Shown: positions 28,146 through 37,873, counted from the stretch's first letter. The stretch: DNA of 64,000 nucleotides from Gammaproteobacteria bacterium (GCA_035644475.1 DASQOL010000030.1:6646-70645), one strand, 5' to 3'. The notes: generated by a model not told the origin, from the letters alone. Program-made: numbers and translations.

Positions 28146-29459
28146 GTGACTCTACCGAACCGTTGGGCCTCACAATTTGCAGCGTTGGCCGGTTGGCTCG
28201 GCGCGGCTCTATTGCTCGGTTGGTGGTTCGGCGGCAGCGGTTGGTGGCTCGCGGGTGCGTTCGCGGCGTATGTCGGTCACGTCCTGCGCAACGTCTTCCT
28301 GCTCGACCGCGTCCTCGACGGGCACGCGCGCGTGCCCCTGTTCGCGACGCGCGGCCTCTGGGCGGAGATCTTCGCGCGTATCGACCGCGTCCGCGCCAAG
28401 GCGCGTAACCGCAAGAAGAAATATCACAGGCTGCTGCGCGAGGTTCGCGAGAGTACGGGCGCGCTCAGCGACGGCGGCATCATATTGAATGCGGACCACG
28501 AGATCGTCTGGTTCAACCCGGCGGCTACGCGGCTGCTCGGCCTGAATCCAGCGACGGACATCGGCAACCGCCTCGACAACCTGCTGCGCCATCCCGACTT
28601 CGTCGCGTATCTCGCCGAGCCGACCCCGGAGCCGATCACCGTACCGGCGCCGCGCGAGGACGTGGGTTGGCTCACCGTGCAGATCATCCCCTACGGCAAG
28701 GACCAGCGCCTCGCGATCGTCCGCGACATCACGCGCGAGGTGAGCCTCGAGCGCACGCGGCGCGACTTCGTGGCCAACGCGTCGCACGAGCTGCGCTCGC
28801 CGCTCACCGTGATCAGCGGCTACCTGGACTCGCTCGCCGACGACGCGGAGATTCCGCAGAGCTGGCACGCACCCGTCGGAGAGATGCAGCGTCAGGCGGA
28901 GCGCATGACGCGAATCCTGCGCGACTTGATCGAGCTCACGCGTCTCGAGTCCGCCGACGAAGGCGCGCCCCCCGAGTTCGTCGACGTGATCGCGATGCTC
29001 AAGCTCATCGCTCGGGAGTTTCAGGCGGCGGGCCACCGCCCTTCCGTGAGCCTCAAGATCGAGGCCGACGTCGCGCTGCTCGGCAGCGAGTCGGAGCTGC
29101 ATTCGATCTTCTACAACATCGTGAACAATGCCGTGCGCTTCACGCCGCCGGCCGGCTCCGTGCAGATCGTGTGGAAGACCGAGGGCGACGCCGCCGTGTT
29201 CGAGGTCATCGACACGGGTATCGGCATCCCCGAGGAGCAGATCCCGCGGATCACGGAGCGCTTTTACCGCGTCGACCCGGGGCGCTCGCGCGCGAGCGGC
29301 GGCACCGGCCTCGGTCTCGCGATCGTCAAGCACGCGTTACAGCGACATGAAGGCACGTTGGGCATCCGCAGCGTCGAGGGCGAGGGCAGCGCGTTCAGCT
29401 GCTCGTTCCCGGCCTCGCGGGTCGCGTATCGCGGCGGAGCGACTCAAGTCGCACTATAG
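28146..29459 (+). CDS. phoR: Phosphate regulon sensor kinase PhoR
   Basis: Two N-terminal TM helices and a PAS-like region. The H-box is FVANASHELRSPLTVISGY. The ATPase motifs are NNAVRFT, DTGIGI and GGTGLGLAIVKH. It lies adjacent to phoB. Confidence 0.85.
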   Translation: MTLPNRWASQFAALAGWLGAALLLGWWFGGSGWWLAGAFAAYVGHVLRNVFLLDRVLDGHARVPLFATRGLWAEIFARIDRVRAKARNRKKKYHRLLREVRESTGALSDGGIILNADHEIVWFNPAATRLLGLNPATDIGNRLDNLLRHPDFVAYLAEPTPEPITVPAPREDVGWLTVQIIPYGKDQRLAIVRDITREVSLERTRRDFVANASHELRSPLTVISGYLDSLADDAEIPQSWHAPVGEMQRQAERMTRILRDLIELTRLESADEGAPPEFVDVIAMLKLIAREFQAAGHRPSVSLKIEADVALLGSESELHSIFYNIVNNAVRFTPPAGSVQIVWKTEGDAAVFEVIDTGIGIPEEQIPRITERFYRVDPGRSRASGGTGLGLAIVKHALQRHEGTLGIRSVEGEGSAFSCSFPASRVAYRGGATQVAL

Positions 29460-29510
29460 CCGCGCGAGACTCCGTACTATCATTGGCCGGCTGAACCAAG
29501 GACCAAGGCG

Positions 29511-30251
29511 ATGGAAGTCGAAGACCTAGGGCACCACATCTCGAGGAAGTTCAACGAGGACCTCGAGCACGTGCGCAGCTCTGTCCTGGCCATGGGCGGC
29601 CTCGTCGAGGAGCAGCTCGACCGCGCGATCAAGGCGCTGACCGACGCCGACAGCGAGCTCGGTCTCCAGGTCGCCGAGGACGACATCAAGGTCAACCGCA
29701 TGGAGGTCAGCATCGACGAGGAGTGCAGCCGCATCCTCGCCACTCGCGCTCCGACCGCCAGCGACCTGCGGCTCGTGATCGCCACGCTGAAGACCATCAC
29801 CGACCTCGAGCGGATCGGCGACGAGGCCGAGAAGATCGGCGTGCTCGCCGCGCGGCTCGCGAGCGTCGAGCGTCCGTCCACGAACTACCGCGAGCTCCGC
29901 AACCTCGCGCGCCACGTGAAGGCGATGGTGCACGGCTCGCTCAACGCGTTCGCGCGTCTCGACACCAAGGGCGCGCTCGAGGTCGTCAAGGCCGACGACG
30001 CGGTCGACGAGGAGTACGAGTCGATCTATCGCCAAGGCATCACGTTCATGATGGAAGACCCGCGCACGATCTCGCGGATCATGGACTCGACCTGGTTGGC
30101 GCGCGCGCTCGAGCGCATCGGCGACCACGCGAAGAACATCTGCGAGTACGTGATCTTCATGGTTCACGGCAAGGACGTCCGCTACACCGGTGTGAAAAAC
30201 ATCGAGGCGGAGGTAGAGCAGGGCACCCGCAGGCAGGAGACCCGGTCCTGA
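29511..30251 (+). CDS. phoU: Phosphate signalling complex protein PhoU
   Basis: ISRKFNEDLEHVRSSVLAMGGLVEEQLDRAIKAL and duplicated ERIGDEAEKI / ERIGDHAKNI motifs. Confidence 0.9.
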   Translation: MEVEDLGHHISRKFNEDLEHVRSSVLAMGGLVEEQLDRAIKALTDADSELGLQVAEDDIKVNRMEVSIDEECSRILATRAPTASDLRLVIATLKTITDLERIGDEAEKIGVLAARLASVERPSTNYRELRNLARHVKAMVHGSLNAFARLDTKGALEVVKADDAVDEEYESIYRQGITFMMEDPRTISRIMDSTWLARALERIGDHAKNICEYVIFMVHGKDVRYTGVKNIEAEVEQGTRRQETRS

Positions 30252-30754
30252 TCTCCTCGCGGGCACAGCGACGGGCGTGGAACGCCCTCGGCGTCGGCAT
30301 CGTCGTCGCGCTCATGGGCTACGCGCTCTACACCGAGTACGGGCCGCTGCACCTCGAGCCGTGCCCGCTTTGCGTCTTCCAGCGCATCGCGATGATCGCG
30401 CTGGGCGTCGTGTTCCTCGCCGGTGCGCTGCACGCGCCGCGCGGCGTGGGCGCGCGCGTGTACGGAGTGCTCGGCGCGCTCGTCGCGGCTACGGGCGCTG
30501 GGATCTCGAGCTGGCACGTGCACGTCCAACATTTGCCGCCGGAGAAAGTGCCATCGTGCGGGCCGGGCCTCGCGTATCTCTGGGATGCGTTTCCGCTGCG
30601 CGACGTGTTGAACATGGTGTTCAACGGGTCGGGCGAGTGCCACGAGGTCAACTGGCAATTCTGGGGGCTCGCGATGCCGACCTGGGTGCTGATCTGGTTC
30701 GTGGCGCTCGGCGCGTTGAGCGTCCTGGCGAACTGGACCCGCGTCGCGCGCTAG
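30248..30754 (+). CDS. dsbB: Disulfide bond formation protein B; the start codon is unresolved (possibly CTG overlapping the phoU stop)
   Basis: WNALGVGIVVALMGYALYTEYGPLHLEPCPLCVFQRIAMIALGVVF contains TM1 and the CxxC. A second Cys pair is present (PSCGPG...GECHE), and there are four TM segments. No ATG, GTG or TTG precedes TM1 in frame. Confidence 0.75.
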   Translation: MISSRAQRRAWNALGVGIVVALMGYALYTEYGPLHLEPCPLCVFQRIAMIALGVVFLAGALHAPRGVGARVYGVLGALVAATGAGISSWHVHVQHLPPEKVPSCGPGLAYLWDAFPLRDVLNMVFNGSGECHEVNWQFWGLAMPTWVLIWFVALGALSVLANWTRVAR

Positions 30755-30909
30755 CGTCACGCACACCGAGCGGGCGTCCGCCCGATTGCCCGTCAATAGG
30801 GCGCCCGGTGTCACTCTCCTTCGCGACGAACAGGCAGTCATGGTGGTTGCTCACCGATGGCGCGGGTGGCGAGCCCTGCTTGCTCGGCGTTGCCGCGTCG
30901 CGACTAGAT

Positions 30910-30939
30910 CAAGGACGGCGTCCTTGCTAAAGTAAGGAC
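30910..30939 (+). promoter_or_regulatory. Putative VapB operator: a palindrome plus a third half-site abutting the vapB ATG
   Basis: CAAGGAC-ggc-GTCCTTG (30910-30926) is followed by TAAAGT (a possible -10, 30928-30933) and another AAGGAC (30934-30939) directly before ATG 30940. Confidence 0.4.
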
Positions 30940-31233
30940 ATGGCGAAGATCACGAGCAAGCTCCAGGTCACGATCCCGAAGCGCATCGCCGACGAGTACG
31001 GCATCGCTCCGGGCGATGAGGTCGAGTTCGTGCCCGCGGGCGACACCATCCGCCTGGTTCCGGCCGGGCGTCGCGCGAGTGAGTCGTTGAGCAAAGAGGA
31101 GCGGCTGCGGCTCTTCGACGAGGACACCGCGCGGCAGCGGCAGCACGAAAAGGGGATGGACCTTCCGGCCGAGTCTCCCAGCGAGCGCGACTGGCGACGA
31201 GAGGATCTGTACACGCGTGGCAAGCCTCGTTGA
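30940..31233 (+). CDS. vapB: AbrB/SpoVT-fold antitoxin (VapB type)
   Basis: MAKITSKLQVTIPKRIADEYGIAPGDEVEFVPAGDTIRLVP is a swapped-hairpin (AbrB/MazE) DNA-binding motif. The gene is small and overlaps the PIN gene. Confidence 0.75.
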   Translation: MAKITSKLQVTIPKRIADEYGIAPGDEVEFVPAGDTIRLVPAGRRASESLSKEERLRLFDEDTARQRQHEKGMDLPAESPSERDWRREDLYTRGKPR

Positions 31234-31747
31234 TACCAACCTGCTCGTGTACCGCGTCGATCCTCGCGATCGGGCCAAGCAACGCAGAGCGGACGAGATC
31301 TTGCGCGCCGGCCAGCTCGACGACAGCGTGGTACTGGCGCACCAATGCATCGTCGAGTTCGTCGCCGCGGTGATCCGCCCGCGTAGAGACCTCGGCGGCG
31401 CGCCGTTGCTGCCGCTCGAGGAGGCGCGCGTAAGAGCGGAGCATCTCACGGCACAGTTCCCGGTTCTCTATCCGACGCGAGATGTCCTGCGCACGGCGCT
31501 GCGTGGCACGGCGATGTACGGTCTATCCTGGTTCGACGCTCATTTGTGGGCGTACGCCGAGGTTTACGGTGTTGCGGAGATTCTCTCCGAAGACTTCGCG
31601 CACGGCCGCCACTACGGCAGTGTGCGCGTGGTCGATCCGTTCATGACGGGCGATGGCGTGCACGAGCTCCCGGCGCTGTATGCGGCGCAGAAGCAGGAAG
31701 GCAGGGCGGCGGCGAAGGCGCGCGGCATGCGTGCGCGGAGGCGGTGA
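31217..31747 (+). CDS. vapC: PIN-domain ribonuclease toxin (VapC type)
   Basis: SLVDTNLLVY (first acidic residue), ..VLAHQCIVEF.., SWFDAHLWAYAE and EILSEDF (further acidic residues). The GTG start overlaps vapB by 17 nt. There is a basic C-terminal tail. Confidence 0.75.
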   Translation: MASLVDTNLLVYRVDPRDRAKQRRADEILRAGQLDDSVVLAHQCIVEFVAAVIRPRRDLGGAPLLPLEEARVRAEHLTAQFPVLYPTRDVLRTALRGTAMYGLSWFDAHLWAYAEVYGVAEILSEDFAHGRHYGSVRVVDPFMTGDGVHELPALYAAQKQEGRAAAKARGMRARRR

Positions 31748-31767
31748 TGCGCGTGCGCGCCGCGGCG

Positions 31768-32910
31768 TCAGCGCGAGGCGTCTGACCCCGCCAACAGCAG
31801 CTCCGCGATCCTGAAGTACATGCGCTCGAGGCGGTCGAGATCGGCGGCCGCGACGTGCTCGTTCACCTGGTGGATCGTCTTGTTGATCGGCCCGAGCTCG
31901 ATCACGTCGACGCCGTAGGGCGCAATGAACCGGCCGTCCGATGTGCCGCCGCTCGTCGAGAGCTCCGTCGTGAGCCCGGCTTCTTCCGCGATCGCTTGCT
32001 GCACCGCGGCCGTCAACTTGCCGGGCCTGGTCAGGAACGGCTCGCCGGCGACTCGCCAGCGGATCTCGTAGGAGATGCCGAGCTGCTTCAGCAACGCCTC
32101 GATGTGCGCCGACAGCTGCGCGTGCGTCCAGACGGTGGAGTAGCGCAGGTTGAAGCGGCACTTGAGCTCGCCCGGCACGACGTTCGGCGCGCCCGCGTCG
32201 CTCTGCACGTTGACCATCTGGAACGTCGTCGGCGGGAAGTGCTCGTTGCCGCCGTCGACCGGCTCGCGCGTGATCGCGGCCACAAACTTCGCGAGCGCGT
32301 GGATCGGGTTGTCGGACTGCAGCGGATAGGCGACGTGGCCCTGCACGCCGCGGATCGTCATGATGCCCGACAGGCTGCCGCGCCGGCCGACGCGCACCGT
32401 GTCGCCGAGCCGCTCCGCGCTCGACGGCTCGCCGACGACGCAGTATTGGAACGTCTCGCCGCGCTGCGCGAGCGTCTGCATGACCTTGAGCGTGCCGTCG
32501 TCGGCCGCGCCTTCCTCGTCGCTCGTGATGAGCATGCCGAGCGATCCGCCATGCTGCGGATAGCGCTCGGCGAAGCGCCGGCACGCGTTGATCATGGCGG
32601 CGAGGCTGCCCTTCATATCCGCGGCGCCGCGGCCGACGAGCTCGCCGTCGACGACGGCCGCGGCGAACGGATCCACGCGCCACTGCTCCGCCGGCCCGGG
32701 CGGCACGACGTCGGTGTGGCCGGCGAACACGAGCGCCGGCGCGGCGCGGCCCCGCCGCGCCCAAAGGTTGTCCACCGGCCCGAAGCGCAGCCGCTCGACG
32801 CCGAATCCGGCAGCGCGCAACAGGCCTTCGATGAGCTCCTGGCAGCCCGCATCCGCGGGCGTGACCGACGGGCGGCGGATCAGCTCGCGCGCGAGCTCTA
32901 ACGTGTCCAC
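31768..32910 (-). CDS. dapE: Succinyl-diaminopimelate desuccinylase
   Basis: MDTLELARELIRRPSVTPADAGCQELI...FAGHTDVVPPG...GRGAADMKGSLAAM...ITSDEEG is the M20 DapE pattern. Confidence 0.9.
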   Translation of the reverse strand: MDTLELARELIRRPSVTPADAGCQELIEGLLRAAGFGVERLRFGPVDNLWARRGRAAPALVFAGHTDVVPPGPAEQWRVDPFAAAVVDGELVGRGAADMKGSLAAMINACRRFAERYPQHGGSLGMLITSDEEGAADDGTLKVMQTLAQRGETFQYCVVGEPSSAERLGDTVRVGRRGSLSGIMTIRGVQGHVAYPLQSDNPIHALAKFVAAITREPVDGGNEHFPPTTFQMVNVQSDAGAPNVVPGELKCRFNLRYSTVWTHAQLSAHIEALLKQLGISYEIRWRVAGEPFLTRPGKLTAAVQQAIAEEAGLTTELSTSGGTSDGRFIAPYGVDVIELGPINKTIHQVNEHVAAADLDRLERMYFRIAELLLAGSDASR

Positions 32911-33114
32911 GCGCGGGCTCCGAACCGGATTTGTAACATCGCGGATAAGTCGTCTGCTTTCATTCGCTTAATCGCGCCGCAAGCGAGTAACGGCGGGCTC
33001 GGCGACGATTCCTGCAATAATTCCTTAACATTGTCTGGCTAGGCTGCCAAGGCCAACATGCTAACCCTAGAACGGCCTTTCTCAGGGCCGCGCCCGTCAC
33101 GTCGAGGAGGATCC

Positions 33115-34197
33115 ATGGGGAATCGAGCCCGGCAGTACTCGCGCCGTTCGTCCTGGCCAATGCTCGCGGTCGCCTGCTTCGTAGCCGCGGGCGCTTGCTC
33201 GAACGGCCAGGCGCAGGCGGTTCGAGACTATATCAGCATCGTCGGCTCCTCCACCGTGTATCCGTTCGCCACCGTCGTCGCCGAGCAATTCGGCCGCAAG
33301 AACCCGAAATTCAAGACTCCCAAGATCGAGTCGACCGGCAGCGGCGGCGGTCTCAAGCTGTTCTGCGACGGCGTCGGAGTCCAACATCCCGACATCGCGA
33401 ACTCGTCGCGGCCGATCACCGCGTCGGAAGTCGCGACGTGCGCGCAGCACGGCGTCAAGGACATCGTCGAGGTGAAGATCGGCTTCGACGGCATCGTCCT
33501 CGCGAACTCGAAGGCGGCGAAGCAGCTGGATCTCACGCTGCGCGACGTCTATCTTGCGCTCGCGAAGACCGTGCCCGATCCCGCCAGCGGGAAGCTCGTG
33601 CCGAACCCGTACAAAGTGTGGTCGCAGGTCAACGCGGCGCTGCCGGCCGTCGACATCGAGGTGCTCGGCCCGCCGCCGACCTCCGGCACTCGCGACGCGT
33701 TCGTGGAGCTCGCGATGGACGGCGGTTGCAAGGCGTTCCCGTCGATCGCGGCTCTCGCCGCAGACGCTCGCAACGCCGCATGCCGCACGATGCGCGAGGA
33801 TGGCGGCTACGTCGAGGCCGGTGAGAACGACAACCTGATCGTGCAGAAGCTCGAGGCGAACCCGCGCGCGATGGGCATCTTCGGCTACAGCTTCCTCGAG
33901 CAGAACGCCGACAAAGTGCAGGGTTCCCGCGTCAATGGCGTCGCGCCCGAGTTCGACACGATCGCCGACGCACGCTATCCGATCTCGCGGCCGCTCTTCT
34001 TCTACGTGAAGAAGGCGCACGTCGACCAGATTCCCGGCATCCGCGAGTACCTCCGCGAGTTCACCAGCGATTCCGCATGGGGCGAGTTCGGCTACCTCGC
34101 GGACAAGGGCCTGATCCCGCTGCAAGACAACGAGCGGCGCGCGGTGCTCGCCCAAGTGCAATCCCTCGAGACGCTGAAGCCCGCCGCCGCGCACTGA
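33115..34197 (+). CDS. pstS: Phosphate ABC transporter substrate-binding protein
   Basis: Signal peptide WPMLAVACFVAAGAC. ISIVGSSTVYPFATVVAEQF...ESTGSGGGLK...GPPPTSGTRDAF is the PBP-like_2 / PstS family pattern. It heads the pstCAB genes. Confidence 0.85.
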   Translation: MGNRARQYSRRSSWPMLAVACFVAAGACSNGQAQAVRDYISIVGSSTVYPFATVVAEQFGRKNPKFKTPKIESTGSGGGLKLFCDGVGVQHPDIANSSRPITASEVATCAQHGVKDIVEVKIGFDGIVLANSKAAKQLDLTLRDVYLALAKTVPDPASGKLVPNPYKVWSQVNAALPAVDIEVLGPPPTSGTRDAFVELAMDGGCKAFPSIAALAADARNAACRTMREDGGYVEAGENDNLIVQKLEANPRAMGIFGYSFLEQNADKVQGSRVNGVAPEFDTIADARYPISRPLFFYVKKAHVDQIPGIREYLREFTSDSAWGEFGYLADKGLIPLQDNERRAVLAQVQSLETLKPAAAH

Positions 34198-34236
34198 GGC
34201 GCACGGCAAGATCGCTGCTAAATAAGGAAGACCGGC

Positions 34237-35625
34237 GTGGCCTCCTCGACGCTCTTGCTCGCAGTCGTCGGCCTCGCGGTCCTCGCCTACTATCTCGGCC
34301 GCCAGCGCGCCGTTAGCGGCGTGCTCGGGGCGGGTCCCCGCGTCTACTCCCACTCCCTGCCGGGCTATCACGGCGGCTACGTCGCGCTGTGGTGCGTGCT
34401 CCCCGCGCTGCTGCTGCTCGCACTGTGGCAGATCTTCGAGCCGATCTGGTTGCGCGACACCGTGCTCGCGCAGCTGCCGGACGACCTGCGCGCGCTGCCG
34501 AGCCAGCAGCTCGGCCTCATCTACAACGACATTCGCAATCTCGTCGAAGGCAACGTGGTCTCGAGCAGCCCCAGCGCCGACATTCTCGCGGCCGCCTCGC
34601 GCTACGCGGCGCTGCGCCAGACGAGCCACGGGCTCGCGACGGGCGCCGTGCTCGTGCTCGGGATCGCGTGCCTCGCGTGGGCGTTTCGGCGCGTGCGGCC
34701 GGATTTCCGGGCCCGCAACCGCGTGGAGCGAGCGATCGAGTACCTGCTGATCGCCGCGTCGATGGTCGCGATTCTCACGACGATCGGCATCTTTTTGTCC
34801 GTGCTGTTCGAAGCGCTGCGATTCTTCCAGCAGGTCTCGCCGCTCGATTTCCTGTTCGGCCGAAGCTGGAGCCCGCAGACAGCGATCCGCGCGGACCAGG
34901 TCGGCTCCTCGGGCGCGTTCGGCGCCGTGCCGCTGTTCGCCGGCACGCTGCTGATCTCCGGAATCGCAATGCTCGTCGCCGTTCCCGTGGGGCTCATGTC
35001 GGCGATCTATCTGTCGGAGTACGCGAGCCGGCGATTGCGCGCCTATGCCAAGCCGATGCTCGAGATCCTGGCCGGCATCCCGACGGTGGTCTACGGCTAC
35101 TTCGCGGCGCTGACGGTGGGGCCGATTCTGCGCGCAGTCGGCGAGTCTTTGGGCCTGGAGGTCGCGTCGGAGAGCGCGCTCGGCGCCGGGCTGGTCATGG
35201 GCATCATGATCATCCCGTTCGTCTCGTCGTTGTCCGACGATGTGATCACCGCGGTGCCGCAAGCGCTGCGCGACGGCTCGTACGGGCTCGGCGCCACTCG
35301 CTCCGAGACGATTCGCCACGTCGTGCTGCCGTCGGCGCTGCCCGGCATCGTCGGCGCCGTGCTGCTCGCGGTCTCGCGGGCGATCGGCGAGACCATGATC
35401 GTGGTGATGGCGGCCGGGCTCGCGGCGAACCTCACCGCGAATCCGTTCGAGGCGGTGACTACCGTGACGGTGCAGATCGTGACGCTGCTGGTCGGCGATC
35501 AGGAGTTCGACAGCCCCAAGACGCTCGCCGCGTTCGCGCTCGGTCTCGTTCTGTTCCTCGTGACGCTCGCGCTCAACGTGATCGCGCTGCGCGTCGTGCG
35601 CCGCTACCGGGAGCAGTATGAGTAG
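34237..35625 (+). CDS. pstC: Phosphate ABC transporter permease PstC (long form)
   Basis: Multi-TM protein. EAA-type loop region ...LSEYASRRLRAYAKPMLEILAGIPTVVYG...ALRDGSYGLGATRSETI. The position is second in the operon. Confidence 0.85.
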   Translation: MASSTLLLAVVGLAVLAYYLGRQRAVSGVLGAGPRVYSHSLPGYHGGYVALWCVLPALLLLALWQIFEPIWLRDTVLAQLPDDLRALPSQQLGLIYNDIRNLVEGNVVSSSPSADILAAASRYAALRQTSHGLATGAVLVLGIACLAWAFRRVRPDFRARNRVERAIEYLLIAASMVAILTTIGIFLSVLFEALRFFQQVSPLDFLFGRSWSPQTAIRADQVGSSGAFGAVPLFAGTLLISGIAMLVAVPVGLMSAIYLSEYASRRLRAYAKPMLEILAGIPTVVYGYFAALTVGPILRAVGESLGLEVASESALGAGLVMGIMIIPFVSSLSDDVITAVPQALRDGSYGLGATRSETIRHVVLPSALPGIVGAVLLAVSRAIGETMIVVMAAGLAANLTANPFEAVTTVTVQIVTLLVGDQEFDSPKTLAAFALGLVLFLVTLALNVIALRVVRRYREQYE

Positions 35626-36910
35626 CACGCCCCGAACGTCGGTCAAGGAGGCCGTCGCCCGCGGTATCAGGCGCCGCTACGCCCAAGAGTCGGTGTTCCG
35701 CGCGCTCGGCCTCGGCGCGTTGCTCATCGGGCTCGGGTTCCTGGCGTTCTTCTTCTACACCTTGATCGCGAACGGCTACACGGCGCTCGCGCAGACTCGC
35801 CTTCGGCTCGACGTTGCGCTCGACGCCACGGTCATCGACCCTACCGGCTCGCGAGATCCCGCCGTGCTCGAGGGGGCGGACTACCAGAAGCTCGTACGCG
35901 ACGCACTGGGTGCACGCTTCCCGGAGGTCACGGCGCGCGGCGACCTGCGCGCGCTCTTCGCGCTCGTGAGCCCGGGCGCGGGGCTCGAGATCCGGCGGCT
36001 CGTGGTGGCCGATCCACGCGCGATCGGCACGACGCGCAGCGTCTGGGTGCTCGCGGACGACGATGTCGACGTGCTGGTCAAAGGCCACGTGAGCCGCGAC
36101 CTGCCGGAGGTCGACAGGCGCATCACCGACCGCCAGCTGGAGTGGCTGTCGCGCCTCGAGAGCGAGGGTCGCGTTGCGTTGCGCTTCAATCGCTACTTCT
36201 TCTTGTCCGGAGACTCGCGCGATCCCGAGCTCGCCGGCATCTGGAGCGCGACCGTCGGCTCGTTCTATATGCTGCTCGTGACGCTCGTGTTGTCGTTTCC
36301 GCTCGGCGTTGCCACGGCGATCTATCTCGAGGAGTTCGCCCCTCGCAACCGCTGGACGGATCTCATCGAGGTCAACATCAACAACCTCGCGGCGGTGCCG
36401 TCGATCGTGTTCGGTTTGCTCGGGCTCGCGGTCTTCATCAACGAGTTCGGATTGCCGCGATCCGCGCCGCTCGTCGGCGGCTTGGTGCTGTGCTTGATGA
36501 CGTTGCCCGTGATCATCATCGCGTCGCGCGCCGCGCTGACGGCGGTGCCGCCGTCGATTCGCGAGGCCGCGCTCGGCGTCGGCGCTTCGAAGATGCAGAT
36601 GGTGCTGCACCACGTGTTGCCGCTCGCGCTGCCCGGCATGTTGACCGGCACGATCATCGGTATGGCGCGCGCGCTCGGCGAGTCCGCGCCGCTCCTGATG
36701 ATCGGGATGGTCGCGTTCATCGTCGACACGCCGGAGACGCCGCTCGATCCCGCAACCGCGTTGCCCGTGCAGGTCTATCTCTGGGCCGACAGCCCGGAGC
36801 GCGCCTTCGTCGAGCGGACGTCGGCCGCGATCATCGTGCTGCTCGTGTTCTTGTTGATGATGAACGCCGCCGCGATATTGCTACGGAAACGTTTCGAGCG
36901 GCGTTATTAG
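35618..36910 (+). CDS. pstA: Phosphate ABC transporter permease PstA (long form)
   Basis: YLEEFAPRNRWTDLIEVNINNLAAVPSIVFGL...IREAALGVGASKMQMV. It overlaps the pstC end. Confidence 0.85.
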   Translation: MSSTPRTSVKEAVARGIRRRYAQESVFRALGLGALLIGLGFLAFFFYTLIANGYTALAQTRLRLDVALDATVIDPTGSRDPAVLEGADYQKLVRDALGARFPEVTARGDLRALFALVSPGAGLEIRRLVVADPRAIGTTRSVWVLADDDVDVLVKGHVSRDLPEVDRRITDRQLEWLSRLESEGRVALRFNRYFFLSGDSRDPELAGIWSATVGSFYMLLVTLVLSFPLGVATAIYLEEFAPRNRWTDLIEVNINNLAAVPSIVFGLLGLAVFINEFGLPRSAPLVGGLVLCLMTLPVIIIASRAALTAVPPSIREAALGVGASKMQMVLHHVLPLALPGMLTGTIIGMARALGESAPLLMIGMVAFIVDTPETPLDPATALPVQVYLWADSPERAFVERTSAAIIVLLVFLLMMNAAAILLRKRFERRY

Positions 36911-36973
36911 ATGTTTGGTCGAGCTGACGCTCTCCGGGCCGCGGTGCCGCCGTTCATCACATTGGGGTAGACT

Positions 36974-37873
36974 GTGACTCTCGCTGCAAAAAAACTGAGT
37001 GACACGTTGTCCGAGGCCGCACCACAAGTCGCAGCCGGGTTGTCGGCGCAACCCGTGCAGCAAGTGAAGCCGGTGGCCGAGGAAGGCTATCGGACCGTCG
37101 GCGATTTCACGGCGGCGAAGCCGGTCATGCAGGCACGCGGCGTCGACGTGTTCTACGGCGACAATCACGCGATCCAGAAGGTCAATCTCGACATCGGCTT
37201 GAACGAGGTCATCGCGCTGATCGGACCGTCGGGTTGCGGCAAGTCGACGTTCATCCGCTGCCTCAATCGGATGAACGACACGATCGAGTCCGCGCGCTTC
37301 ACGGGCGACATCACGCTCGACGGCGAGAACATCTACGCGCGGCAGATGGACGTCGTGATGCTGCGTGCGCGCGTCGGCATGGTGTTCCAGAAACCGAATC
37401 CGTTCCCGAAGTCGGTGTACGACAACGTCGCCTACGGCCCGCGCATCCACGGGCTCGCGCGCGACCGCGCCGAGCTCGACCGCATCGTCGAGACGAGCCT
37501 CGAGCGCGCGGGCCTCTGGAACGAGGTCAAGGACCGGCTCGAGGAGCCCGGCACGGGTCTGTCCGGCGGTCAGCAGCAGAGGCTCTGCATCGCGCGGACC
37601 ATCGCGGTGAACCCCGAGGTGATCCTCATGGACGAGCCGTGCTCGGCGCTCGATCCGATCGCCACGGCGCGCATCGAGGATTTGATCGACGAGCTCAAGC
37701 AGAACTACGCGATCGTGATCGTCACGCACTCGATGCAGCAGGCCGCGCGCGTGTCGCAGCGCACGGCGTACTTCCATCTCGGCAAGCTCATCGAGGTCGG
37801 CGACACCGACGAGATCTTCACGAACCCGCGGCACAAGCTCACGGAAGACTACATCACGGGACGATTCGGCTGA
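36974..37873 (+). CDS. pstB: Phosphate ABC transporter ATP-binding protein
   Basis: [19 protein letters not shown] (Walker A), [13 protein letters not shown] (signature), [12 protein letters not shown] (Walker B) and the TGRFG C-terminus. The N-terminal extension makes the start less certain. Confidence 0.9.
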   Translation: MTLAAKKLSDTLSEAAPQVAAGLSAQPVQQVKPVAEEGYRTVGDFTAAKPVMQARGVDVFYGDNHAIQKVNLDIGLNEVIALIGPSGCGKSTFIRCLNRMNDTIESARFTGDITLDGENIYARQMDVVMLRARVGMVFQKPNPFPKSVYDNVAYGPRIHGLARDRAELDRIVETSLERAGLWNEVKDRLEEPGTGLSGGQQQRLCIARTIAVNPEVILMDEPCSALDPIATARIEDLIDELKQNYAIVIVTHSMQQAARVSQRTAYFHLGKLIEVGDTDEIFTNPRHKLTEDYITGRFG

